Source of the DNA: an uncultured bacterium
Lineage (GTDB): Bacteria > Fidelibacterota > Marinisomatia > Marinisomatales > UBA1611
DNA length: 64,000 bases
Assembly (NCBI GenBank): GCA_965660855.1
Contig: CBFIBM010000008.1
Span: forward strand, 1-64,000
Reading direction: 5' to 3'
A program made the position numbers and the translations under genes. Every line of letters begins with the position of its first letter. The stretch's first letter is position 1. Positions 1 to 9,007 of the stretch are shown here, piece by piece. The notes under the pieces were generated by a model. It was given only the letters and a program-made list of their open reading frames with translations, was not told where the DNA came from and did no database searches.

Positions 1-447
1 ACTAACTAGATTTTTATCTAAACTATGAGGAGACAGTTTATAATTTACAGCACACCTTCCTAATTTTTTTTCTTTGACTAAAGATTTAATGAACATTTCT
101 GCAAACAGATTATCATCTATATAACCTAATTCTTCTAGTTTAGAAATTGATGAGTTAATTATTTTCTCACTATATCCTCGAACAATAAATTTATTCCTTA
201 TTTCTTGTCTACTTCTATGTCTGTAGGATATATAGTTTAATATTTTATTAGAAAGAATTGTTTTAGTGCTCTCATCTTGGAGGTGCTGGACTTTTTGTTC
301 ACTTAGTATTTGTCCTTTTAAAAAAGAATTCTCTAAAAATAATTCTGCTGATAAAACTAGGTTTATTCCGGAGCTTAAATTAACAGAGAATCCAGACTTA
401 TTACCTTTCAAAGGCTTTATAAATTCAATTTTATGAATTCTATTAAT
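1..447 (-). CDS. recX: Regulatory protein RecX (partial, runs off the left edge; not in the ORF track)
   Basis: Open minus frame directly after recA: ...[49 protein letters not shown]..., a RecX pattern. Start uncertain (ATT 447 or TTG 411). Confidence 0.88.
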   Translation of the reverse strand, partial: MNRIHKIEFIKPLKGNKSGFSVNLSSGINLVLSAELFLENSFLKGQILSEQKVQHLQDESTKTILSNKILNYISYRHRSRQEIRNKFIVRGYSEKIINSSISKLEELGYIDDNLFAEMFIKSLVKEKKLGRCAVNYKLSPHSLDKNLVS

Positions 448-1453
448 CCTTTTTTGAATCTAATCCCATAAAAGACCTAACTTTACCAGTTACTGATTTC
501 ATTATGTCTTCATTCTCATTTAAGAATGTTTTTGCATTTTCCCTACCCTGACCAATTTTCATATCATCATAAGAATACCAAGCACCAGTTTTTTCAACTA
601 TCTCACCTGCTACAGCTAAGTCTAGAATATCACCTTCAGAGCTTATTCCGAGGCCATACATAATATCAAACTCGCTCTGTTTAAATGGCGGGGCGACTTT
701 ATTTTTAACTACTTTCACCCTCACTCGACTACCCACCATATCGGTACCATCTTTAAGGGTAGTAATTCTCCTAATTTCCATTCTTATACTTGAATAAAAC
801 TTAAGAGCTCTTCCACCTGAAGTAGTTTCAGGGTTTCCAAACATGACTCCTATTTTCTCACGAATTTGATTAATAAAAATAACCGTTGTATTCGATCGAC
901 TAACGGTGCCTGTTAATTTTCGAAGTGCCTGAGACATTAATCTTGCTTGAAGTCCAACGTGAGTATCACCCATATCTCCTTCTAACTCTGCCCTTGGTAC
1001 AAGAGCAGCTACTGAATCAATCACAATTACATCTACGGCACCACTCCTTACTAAAGTATCACAAATTTCTAAAGCCTGCTCACCATGGTCTGGTTGTGAA
1101 ATTAGTAGTTCTTCAATATTAACACCTAATTTTTTAGAATATTCAGGATCAACCGCATGTTCAGCATCTATAAAAGCGGCATAGCCACCAGATTTTTGGG
1201 CTTCTGCAACTATATGAAGAGCCAATGTGGTTTTTCCTGATGATTCAGGTCCATAAACCTCTATGATTCTACCTTTTGGCACACCTCCAACACCTAGTGC
1301 AACATCAAGAGACAAACATCCAGTAGAAATAGAATTTTCCTGCGTGGGTGTGTGATCTTCACCTAAACGCATTATGGATCCTTTACCAAACTGTCTGTCT
1401 ATTTGAGTAATTGCTAAATCAAGTGCTTTATTTTTTTTTGAATCTACAGCCAT
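443..1453 (-). CDS. recA: Recombinase RecA
   Basis: GPESSGKTT Walker [39 protein letters not shown] upstream. Confidence 0.99.
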   Translation of the reverse strand: MAVDSKKNKALDLAITQIDRQFGKGSIMRLGEDHTPTQENSISTGCLSLDVALGVGGVPKGRIIEVYGPESSGKTTLALHIVAEAQKSGGYAAFIDAEHAVDPEYSKKLGVNIEELLISQPDHGEQALEICDTLVRSGAVDVIVIDSVAALVPRAELEGDMGDTHVGLQARLMSQALRKLTGTVSRSNTTVIFINQIREKIGVMFGNPETTSGGRALKFYSSIRMEIRRITTLKDGTDMVGSRVRVKVVKNKVAPPFKQSEFDIMYGLGISSEGDILDLAVAGEIVEKTGAWYSYDDMKIGQGRENAKTFLNENEDIMKSVTGKVRSFMGLDSKKD

Positions 1454-1465
1454 TACGACTCCTTT

Positions 1466-2044
1466 TTATTCTTCTCCTAACGGAAAAGATTTAATTAATG
1501 TATAAACTACTCCTGAAGGAAGCAATTCACTTGTAAGAAATTGCACACGATTAACAGGAAATTCAATTGGATCAAATCTAGAATTTAAAAACGTATTTAG
1601 ATTTGGCTCAAATTTTTGTGGGTATTTAATTCTAGCTATGGTAATGTGAGGTTTGAAAACAAGTGTTTCCTTGGGAAAGCCATATGATTCAAATAAATTT
1701 TCAAAATTAGAGAAAAGATTAAATAAAGGACCTTGGTTACCCTCAAGCCCAAGCCATAGTATTTTTGCTCTTTCTTTGTTGGGAAAACAACCTGTTCCAT
1801 TAATCATTAAATTAAATGGGTTAGTATTTATTACTATATTTTTAATATCTTCCAAAAGTTTTGGAATTTTTGACTCTTTTGTATAACCTAAATATTTTAA
1901 GGTTACATGTAAGTTCTCATTTTTCACCCAATTAACTGTTGATTTTTCATCAATTGTTGAAAATAGCATATTTTTTTTAATTCCAACTGATTTTGGAGTT
2001 GGTATTGCCAAAAATGTTCGAACTAATTTATCTTCAGTCTTCAT
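1466..2044 (-). CDS. thpR: RNA 2',3'-cyclic phosphodiesterase (2H family)
   Basis: RTFLAI start, two HxT motifs (LHVTLKYLG, PHITIAR); usual cinA-thpR-recA context. Confidence 0.93.
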   Translation of the reverse strand: MKTEDKLVRTFLAIPTPKSVGIKKNMLFSTIDEKSTVNWVKNENLHVTLKYLGYTKESKIPKLLEDIKNIVINTNPFNLMINGTGCFPNKERAKILWLGLEGNQGPLFNLFSNFENLFESYGFPKETLVFKPHITIARIKYPQKFEPNLNTFLNSRFDPIEFPVNRVQFLTSELLPSGVVYTLIKSFPLGEE

Positions 2045-3252
2045 ATAAATAACCTTAACATATTAAATGCAGCTTGACTAAATTTTATTTTATTTTTTGC
2101 TCGATCATTTCCGAATAAAAATTTATTGACTAATGTTCTATTTTTATCTGAAATGCTAATAAATACAGTACCAACTGGCTTGTCTTCGGATCCTCCACCT
2201 GGTCCAGCAATCCCTGTAATCGCTAATCCATAACTAGTATTAAATTTTTCCCTAATTCTTTCTGACATTTGTTTCGCAACTATTTTACTAACCGCACCCG
2301 AATCTTTAATTAAATTACTTGAGATTTCCAAATGATTAGATTTAGATTGATTACTGTATGTGATAAATCCTCCAGAAAATACTTTTGATGAACCAGGGAT
2401 ATTAGTGATTCTATCACCAATTAAACCTCCAGTACACGACTCTGCAATAGAGATAGTTTTATTATTTATAGAAAGCATATCAATTATTACCTTTTCAATA
2501 GAATCATTATTTAATGAAAAGATTTTTTCTTTTAGAATACTTCGAATACCAATATGAAATTTTTCTAATTTAATTTCTGATGTACTGCTAATTCTTATAT
2601 CAACACCATAAGCAGATGGATAATATCCAATTTTACAACTATCTTCAACTTTTATTATCTCGCCGATTTTTTCAGCTAATATGGACTCTGGATATCCTGT
2701 TGTCCTTAAAGTTTTTCTAAAAATTGGTTTTGTGAGATTTTGAACTAATTTAGGTAAGATAAACTTTTGCATCATTACTTTCATTTCTAAAGGTATACCA
2801 GGTAAAATAATAATTTCTGTATTATTTTTATAAAAGGAATATCCCCTTGCAGATCCTTTTGGATTATCAATTACCTCACCCTTATTTGGAACGATTGCCT
2901 GGGATTTATTAGAAATTAATACTTTCATATTCATTTTATTATAGCTTGATTTTAATTTTTCCCAGTAATCATAATCAAATTTTTCTTCAACATTAAAGTA
3001 CTTAAATAGTGAAGATCTGGTTACATCATCTTCTGTTGGACCTAATCCCCCAGTTGTTATAACAAAACCTGGCTTACTGACCAATAAAAAATCTAATGCA
3101 TTGATAATATCAAGTTCTTTATCCTGACAAGTAACCTGTTTATCAACTTTTATACCTAATTCAGATACCTTGCTTGATATCCACGAAAAATTAGTATTTA
3201 TTGTATCTCCTGATAATAATTCATCACCAATAGATAAAATTGATATATTCAA
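2041..3252 (-). CDS. cinA: CinA-family competence/damage-inducible protein with NMN deamidase domain
   Basis: IGDELLSG..TN, TGGLGPTEDDVT, AESCTGGLI, TGIAGPGGGS..KPVGTV. Confidence 0.96.
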   Translation of the reverse strand: MNISILSIGDELLSGDTINTNFSWISSKVSELGIKVDKQVTCQDKELDIINALDFLLVSKPGFVITTGGLGPTEDDVTRSSLFKYFNVEEKFDYDYWEKLKSSYNKMNMKVLISNKSQAIVPNKGEVIDNPKGSARGYSFYKNNTEIIILPGIPLEMKVMMQKFILPKLVQNLTKPIFRKTLRTTGYPESILAEKIGEIIKVEDSCKIGYYPSAYGVDIRISSTSEIKLEKFHIGIRSILKEKIFSLNNDSIEKVIIDMLSINNKTISIAESCTGGLIGDRITNIPGSSKVFSGGFITYSNQSKSNHLEISSNLIKDSGAVSKIVAKQMSERIREKFNTSYGLAITGIAGPGGGSEDKPVGTVFISISDKNRTLVNKFLFGNDRAKNKIKFSQAAFNMLRLFI

Positions 3253-3716
3253 AATTTAAAATAAAGAAGGCTTTGAGTTAATAAACAAGCTAATAAACCT
3301 GCAACGACATCATCCATCATAACTCCTGTTGCATCATGCATATCATCCATTGCTTGAACTGGTCCAGGTTTAAAGATATCAAATACTCTAAAAAAGAAAA
3401 ATGCAATGAATCCCCATTTTAATGAATGTGGAACAAGATAAAGAGCAACCCACATTCCTACCCATTCATCAATTACTACTACTTTTGGATCTTCATCATT
3501 CCATATAGTCACCAAAATATCAGTAACAACAATACCAAAAAAGAAAATGGCACCAGTAATTAAAAGAAATAACGGGTCACTAATTTTTGGTTTTAAATAA
3601 AACCAACCTGCTAGGGCTACAAGACTTCCAAAAGTACCAGGAGCCAAGGGAATATATCCAACATAACCAACAGTACCGAAGAATTCTGCAAATCGATACC
3701 TAATATCCTTATTCAT
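3249..3716 (-). CDS. pgpA: Phosphatidylglycerophosphatase A
   Basis: APGTFGSL, DPKVVVIDEWVG, FRVFDIFKP, GVMMDDVVAG. Confidence 0.96.
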   Translation of the reverse strand: MNKDIRYRFAEFFGTVGYVGYIPLAPGTFGSLVALAGWFYLKPKISDPLFLLITGAIFFFGIVVTDILVTIWNDEDPKVVVIDEWVGMWVALYLVPHSLKWGFIAFFFFRVFDIFKPGPVQAMDDMHDATGVMMDDVVAGLLACLLTQSLLYFKF

Positions 3717-4296
3717 CTTGAATAAACCCTTTTAATGTTCCTCTATTACTATATAAATATGTTAACCCAGTAAAAACGGTAAAAAGTGTAGTAAACAACG
3801 TCAAATTATAAATAATGTTATAATTTGATATTAAAGTTATAACTGGCATTGCCCAGCTAAGCGAAAGCCCCTTAACACCGAGAAAAATTAATATAAAACT
3901 AATAATAATCATTTGCGTAGCTGTCTTAGCTTTTGCAATATTAGATGTTACCATAGAAAAACCTTTTTGCTCAATTGCAACTCTGAGTCCTGTAACAAAA
4001 AAGTCTCTAAAAATTATCAATCCTACCATCCAAAATTCAATAATTCCCAGTAATGCAAAAGAAATAAAAGCTGAAGAAACTAATATTTTATCTGCCAGAG
4101 GGTCTAAAAATTTACCTTCAGGTGTTTCTTGATTATATTTTCTAGCGTGATACCCATCATAAGCATCTGTAATACTCGCAATTATAAAAATAACCAAAGC
4201 AATTGGATGACCATAAGAATGATTTGAAAAAAGAGAGAGAATAAATACCGGGGTGAGTAATATTCTAAAAATAGTGAGTATATTGGGAATGTTTAA
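3709..4296 (-). CDS. pgsA: CDP-diacylglycerol--glycerol-3-phosphate 3-phosphatidyltransferase
   Basis: TDAYDGYHAR..GKFLDPLADK motif. The frame extends upstream of the track start (4197) to the conserved NIPNILTIFRILL N-terminus; start codon non-canonical (see findings). Confidence 0.92.
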   Translation of the reverse strand, partial: LNIPNILTIFRILLTPVFILSLFSNHSYGHPIALVIFIIASITDAYDGYHARKYNQETPEGKFLDPLADKILVSSAFISFALLGIIEFWMVGLIIFRDFFVTGLRVAIEQKGFSMVTSNIAKAKTATQMIIISFILIFLGVKGLSLSWAMPVITLISNYNIIYNLTLFTTLFTVFTGLTYLYSNRGTLKGFIQDE

Positions 4297-4886
4297 ACGG
4301 ATGTTCGACCTTCCATTGCTCTAATTAAAGTAGCCTCATCAATATAATCCAAATCACCACCTACAGGCAAGCCCCTTGCTAATCTGGTAATCTTGACATC
4401 TTTATTTTCTAAAATCTTTGTTAGGTATAAAGAAGTTGTCTCCCCCTCAACACTCGAATTTGTAGCTAAAACTATTTCCATTCCAGGCTGGACTCTGATT
4501 AGAAGGCTTGAAATATTTAAATTTTCAGGACTGACACCATCTAATGGAGATAAAACTCCACCAAGAATATGATACATCCCTTTGAAACTATTTGTCTTTT
4601 CAAATACAAATACATCTTGAGAGTTTTCAACTACACATAGAGTATTCTGATCTCTTCGAATATCTTCACATATTGAACACTGATCTCTCTCACTTATCCC
4701 GTGACAGGTAGCACACTCTTTAATAAGTAGTTTTACTGAATTAAGTGCATTTGAGAGTGAACTAACTTCTTTAGATTTTTGTTTTAAAATATAAAAAGTT
4801 AATCTTTGAGCTGTTTTTCTACCTATTCCGGGAAGACGAGAAAACTCTTCAATTAAATCATTAATACTTTCTGGAAAAGAATTCAA
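4293..4886 (-). CDS. recR: Recombination mediator RecR
   Basis: LPGIGRKTAQRL HhH, CxxC-CxxC zinc finger, Toprim (CVVE, ATNSSVEGETT), ARGLPVGGDLDY. Confidence 0.98.
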   Translation of the reverse strand: MNSFPESINDLIEEFSRLPGIGRKTAQRLTFYILKQKSKEVSSLSNALNSVKLLIKECATCHGISERDQCSICEDIRRDQNTLCVVENSQDVFVFEKTNSFKGMYHILGGVLSPLDGVSPENLNISSLLIRVQPGMEIVLATNSSVEGETTSLYLTKILENKDVKITRLARGLPVGGDLDYIDEATLIRAMEGRTSV

Positions 4887-5210
4887 TTACATTCCTGGAA
4901 TTTTCATTCCACCCATCATACCACCAGTAACAGTATTCATTTTTTCTTGAGAATCAGTTTGTGATTTAGAAAGAGCTTTATTAACAGCTGAGATGATTAA
5001 ATCTTCAAGCATCTCTTTACCTTCAGCAATTGCTTCTTCATCTATACTAATATCTAATAATTCTTGTTTTCCATTAACTTTAACAGAAACCATTCCGCCA
5101 CCAGATTCAGCTTCTATGATTAAATCTGCTAATTCATTTTGGACACTCTCTATTTGCTTTTGCATTTGCTGAGCTTGCTTTAAAAGCTTAGACATATTTC
5201 CTTTAAACAT
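4887..5210 (-). CDS. ybaB: YbaB/EbfC nucleoid-associated protein
   Basis: KQAQQMQ, SGGGMVSV, EMLEDLIISAVNKA; between dnaX and recR; AGGAG SD. Confidence 0.96.
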   Translation of the reverse strand: MFKGNMSKLLKQAQQMQKQIESVQNELADLIIEAESGGGMVSVKVNGKQELLDISIDEEAIAEGKEMLEDLIISAVNKALSKSQTDSQEKMNTVTGGMMGGMKIPGM

Positions 5211-5218
5211 AATTACTC

Positions 5219-6985
5219 CTAACGTAAAATTTCGCCATCAAATAAATCGACAACCTTATTAAATACTTCCTCATCTTTCGGATCGGAATCTTGTTTTTGT
5301 ATACTATTTACAACTATTTCGGTGGGTGAATTTGTGACATTTTTCTTAAAACTTAAAGATAGTTTTACACCAATTAATCCGAGCAATACTTCTTCTATAT
5401 TTTTCATACTCCTCTCCATTGCTCTCATACTAAAGCCCGTTTCTCTTACAGGTTTAAGTATTAAAAGTGAATCCTTACATGATTCGGGTATAAAGTCCTC
5501 CAAAACAACGGCTATTGAAGGCTTTTCCACACTGACCTTAGAAATTACATCAGCCCATTTAGATTTTATTTTCACTAAAATATCTTCATCGCTGAGTGGA
5601 TTCTTGTTGGATTTAATATTTTCATTATGCTCGACAATTAAATCTTTTTGCTTAATTAGTCTATCTTGATCTGATTTAATTTCTCTTTTCTTTTCAAAAT
5701 CTGTTTTGTTAATTATCTCATTATCATCATTAATATTCTCTTTATTTTTTTCTTCGATAACTACGGTTAATGAATTTTTAATTTGAGGATTATTGTTTTT
5801 TTTTTCGTTTTGATCCTTTTGTGGTTTCTGAATCAAGGAACTATCTTCATTCTCAGAAATATTAATTTTCCTAGAAATAAGGTCATCTATCCTTACCGAG
5901 CTATCCATTTCTATAAGTTTTAATGATGTAAATTCTAATATTATATATGGAGTCTCCGATTTCCTTATAATACCTAATAAATCAGATAACATTTGAATAA
6001 TTCTCAATAAATCTCTATTGTCCCATTCAGAAGATTCTTTAACATACCTTGCAATTAATTCTGAATTCATATCAGTTAAAGAACTACCACTATTAATTTT
6101 ACCGTAAAGTAAGTTTCTAGAATGTTCAATAAGATTTACCAAGATATCAGAAACAGCAATTCCATGTAGGGAAAAATCTGATAATACAGCAACCATATCA
6201 TTATTATTTTTTAATTTTATTGCATCAGTATATTTAAAAAATAAATCATGAGGAATAAGCCCCAAAGCTTCAGATACTTTATCAAAAGTTAATTTACCAT
6301 CGCAATAAGATATGGCTTGATCCAAAAGCGATAGAGCATCTCTCATGCTACCATCTGCTTTTTTAGCAATTGAAGTAATTGATTCTCTATCATAAATAAG
6401 GTTTTCTTTTTCAAGGATAAACATCACTCTTTCGATAATAACTGTCAATGAAATACGATTAAAGTCAAATCTTTGACACCTAGATATAATTGTTGCAGGT
6501 ATTTTATGTATATCAGTCGTTGCAAAAATAAATTTTCCATGAGAAGGAGGTTCTTCTAACGTCCTCAATAAGGCATTAAAAGCTTGATTGGTAAGCATAT
6601 GGACTTCATCTATAATGATTATTTTAAATAACCCATTCATTGGAGAAAATTTTATCTGTTCTCGGAGTCCTCTTATTTCTTCAATACCACGATTAGATGC
6701 TCCATCAATTTCTAAAACATCTAATGATCTACTCTCAGCAATCTCTTTAGAAATTTCATCATCAGGATTAAAATTATAATTAGAACCACCATTTGCATTT
6801 AATGCCATAGCCATTATTCTAGCAGTTGTAGTTTTACCAACTCCTCGAGGGCCAGTAAATATATATCCCTGTGCTATTCGATTTTGCTTAAAAGAATTTA
6901 TTAGTGTCTGTGTGACATGATCTTGCCCAACAACATCTTTAAAAGATTGTGGACGCCATTTTAATGATAATACTCTATATGACAT
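5219..6985 (-). CDS. dnaX: DNA polymerase III subunit gamma/tau
   Basis: MSYRVLSLKWRPQSF start (ATG 6985; the longer track start lies inside the SRP RNA), GPRGVGKTT, EIDGASN, IIDEVHML, SRCQ. Confidence 0.97.
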   Translation of the reverse strand: MSYRVLSLKWRPQSFKDVVGQDHVTQTLINSFKQNRIAQGYIFTGPRGVGKTTTARIMAMALNANGGSNYNFNPDDEISKEIAESRSLDVLEIDGASNRGIEEIRGLREQIKFSPMNGLFKIIIIDEVHMLTNQAFNALLRTLEEPPSHGKFIFATTDIHKIPATIISRCQRFDFNRISLTVIIERVMFILEKENLIYDRESITSIAKKADGSMRDALSLLDQAISYCDGKLTFDKVSEALGLIPHDLFFKYTDAIKLKNNNDMVAVLSDFSLHGIAVSDILVNLIEHSRNLLYGKINSGSSLTDMNSELIARYVKESSEWDNRDLLRIIQMLSDLLGIIRKSETPYIILEFTSLKLIEMDSSVRIDDLISRKINISENEDSSLIQKPQKDQNEKKNNNPQIKNSLTVVIEEKNKENINDDNEIINKTDFEKKREIKSDQDRLIKQKDLIVEHNENIKSNKNPLSDEDILVKIKSKWADVISKVSVEKPSIAVVLEDFIPESCKDSLLILKPVRETGFSMRAMERSMKNIEEVLLGLIGVKLSLSFKKNVTNSPTEIVVNSIQKQDSDPKDEEVFNKVVDLFDGEILR

Positions 6986-6998
6986 ATTTTTTTTTATC

Positions 6999-7269
6999 GG
7001 CCGTGCACTTTTGGTTGACAATCACGTTTTTTAATAAAAATAGAATAATTAGCTCATCTTCGAAAACATGTCAGCACATAGTTAATATGATTTACCGCTG
7101 CTCCTTTCCAGGCCTGACGGGGTTCACCAATTAACTATTGCAACAGTACAAAGAGTCAATACTTCTTAAAATAGATTTCTTAAAGCGTTAATTGCCTAGC
7201 AATAGCATCGATCCTGCTGTAGCGGATTGCAGGTTACAGGGCACCGCTAATTCCCCATCTAGCACGGCC
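6999..7269 (-). ncRNA. ffs: Signal recognition particle RNA, large bacterial type (Alu plus S domain), about 271 nt
   Basis: Minus strand begins GGCCGTGCTAGATGGGGAATTAGCGGTGCCCTGTAACCTGCAATCCGCTACAGCAGG (B. subtilis scRNA Alu-like). S domain GTCAGGCCTGGAAAGGAGCAGC at 7118-7097. 3' GCACGGCC (7006-6999) pairs with the 5' end. Lies upstream of dnaX. Confidence 0.95.
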
Positions 7270-7347
7270 AGAAATTAATTATTACACAAATATTACTTTC
7301 CAAAAATACAAATATATTATAGATAATAAATAACCAAATTTATTTTT

Positions 7348-7728
7348 TTAATAAATGACTACTATTTTTATTTCTGATATTTCAAACCAATCCCAAAAAT
7401 TGGATTGATCTAGTTTTAAAAGCCCATCTTTAAAATTGAATCGTAATCTTTTTCTGTACAAAGATTCGGTAAACCACTCAGAATTATCCCTTTTATAATA
7501 AATAGAAACGAATGGAGGACTATCTTCATTTAAATCAGGTATAACCAGAGTGCAAATTGACTCATCAAACTCACCTTCTGATGTAATAAAATCAATTTTA
7601 GTAAAACTATATACACGTTTTTTTAGACTTGAATATGTAGCTAGGTTTTTCTTGTGCTCCTGCCCATTTGCAAAAGTTATAGAAAAAATAATTACAACAA
7701 AAGTATGATATAAGAGTGTAATGTACAC
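7348..7728 (-). CDS. Hypothetical exported protein
   Basis: 126 aa ORF, hydrophobic N-terminus ending FANG-Q, same orientation as neighbours. Confidence 0.65.
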   Translation of the reverse strand: MYITLLYHTFVVIIFSITFANGQEHKKNLATYSSLKKRVYSFTKIDFITSEGEFDESICTLVIPDLNEDSPPFVSIYYKRDNSEWFTESLYRKRLRFNFKDGLLKLDQSNFWDWFEISEIKIVVIY

Positions 7729-7741
7729 CCTCTAATTTGTG

Positions 7742-8185
7742 TTACTTTTTCTTTCTCCCAAAGAAACCTTTTTTCTTAGGAGGTTCCTCTTTAATTGGCT
7801 TCTCTTCAAGCTTTGCATCGGCAGACTCTAGTTTCTTCTCCCATTCACTCATCTCCTTGCTTTCAGGTTGAGGTTCTGACTTATCAGATTGAGGAGTATC
7901 TTCCGTTTCTACGGATGCCTCTGGATTATCCCAAATTTCTTTTAATTTCTCATGCCTTTTTTCAGAATTCTCTTTAAGTTTTGTTAGCATTTCATTTACT
8001 TCTTCATGAAAATCTGATATAGTCTGCTGAAGCCTACTTATTAACTCTTCTTGAAGAGGTCCACCAAATCCATCTCCTACTTGCTCCATTAAATCACCAA
8101 ATTGATCCATTAAGTATTTTTTCTGTGGATCTACTAAAGATGTATTATTTTCCTGGACAGTAGGTTCGTCGGGTTTTTTTGCCAT
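7742..8185 (-). CDS. Hypothetical cytoplasmic protein (helical region, acidic disordered tail, basic GFFG C-terminus)
   Basis: 147 aa, AAGGGAG SD, ends KKKGFFGRKKK. Confidence 0.8.
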   Translation of the reverse strand: MAKKPDEPTVQENNTSLVDPQKKYLMDQFGDLMEQVGDGFGGPLQEELISRLQQTISDFHEEVNEMLTKLKENSEKRHEKLKEIWDNPEASVETEDTPQSDKSEPQPESKEMSEWEKKLESADAKLEEKPIKEEPPKKKGFFGRKKK

Positions 8186-8187
8186 AA

Positions 8188-8994
8188 TTACTCCCTTTCT
8201 TTTTTAATATTTTTTCGATCAAATTCGGCTTCTGATAAAATAACAGATTCCTTGGGTGTCAATAATGTACCAACAGCATCAAACACCTCGCCACTAAAAA
8301 TCAATCCTAAAACTATTCCAAATAACTGTCGATATCTTACTAAATCTTTTCTAGGAATACCATAATCATTTAATATTATGGGCCTTTGATTATTATATAA
8401 ATTTGCAGCAAGAAGACCACTTATACCAGTGAAAGTCAATATATATGGTTTCAAAAAATTAAATTTTTCTGTTTTCTTTCTATATTTAATCTCATCAATT
8501 TCTTCAAGGTTAACAAACTCAATACTTGTTGGAGTTTGGACATACAAATTATTTTTAGAAACCCTAACTAAAGTTCCTTTCAGAATGTTTTGCTTAGAAT
8601 ATTTTATTACAATATATTGCGGCAATTCTATTTCATTTATAATTTTTTCAGCCTGAAGAAAATCCATACCCTTATACATTTCAATTCTATCTTTTTTATT
8701 AAATGGACCTTTAATATCAATTATATTTTTCAACCGATTAAATTCTTTAGTATCAATAATTTGAGATCTAATTAAAGGGTTCCTCCTGATAACTTTTTCA
8801 AAATTGATTTTATATTGATTTTTGGATATTTTAATCAATTGGGCATTTTTAAACCCTTTCTCATCAGGGAAAATTCTATAATAACGATTCTCATGCACGT
8901 CTATGATTGTACCTACATTTTGACTTAAAACCACAACATCAGTTTTCGCGTTTATAGTATTAAAAAGTAAAAAGAGAAGAAATTTTAGAATCAT
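8188..8994 (-). CDS. Hypothetical exported/membrane protein
   Basis: Signal-peptide-like N-terminus and two Gly-rich hydrophobic segments near the C-terminus; tight operon spacing. Confidence 0.75.
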   Translation of the reverse strand: MILKFLLFLLFNTINAKTDVVVLSQNVGTIIDVHENRYYRIFPDEKGFKNAQLIKISKNQYKINFEKVIRRNPLIRSQIIDTKEFNRLKNIIDIKGPFNKKDRIEMYKGMDFLQAEKIINEIELPQYIVIKYSKQNILKGTLVRVSKNNLYVQTPTSIEFVNLEEIDEIKYRKKTEKFNFLKPYILTFTGISGLLAANLYNNQRPIILNDYGIPRKDLVRYRQLFGIVLGLIFSGEVFDAVGTLLTPKESVILSEAEFDRKNIKKERE

Positions 8995-9007
8995 CTAAAA
9001 TTAAGAT

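Noticed and set aside
6986..7134. Track start of dnaX at 7021 and the plus-strand 61-aa ORF at 6949-7134
   Set aside because: Both overlap the SRP RNA; the conserved DnaX N-terminus begins at ATG 6985.
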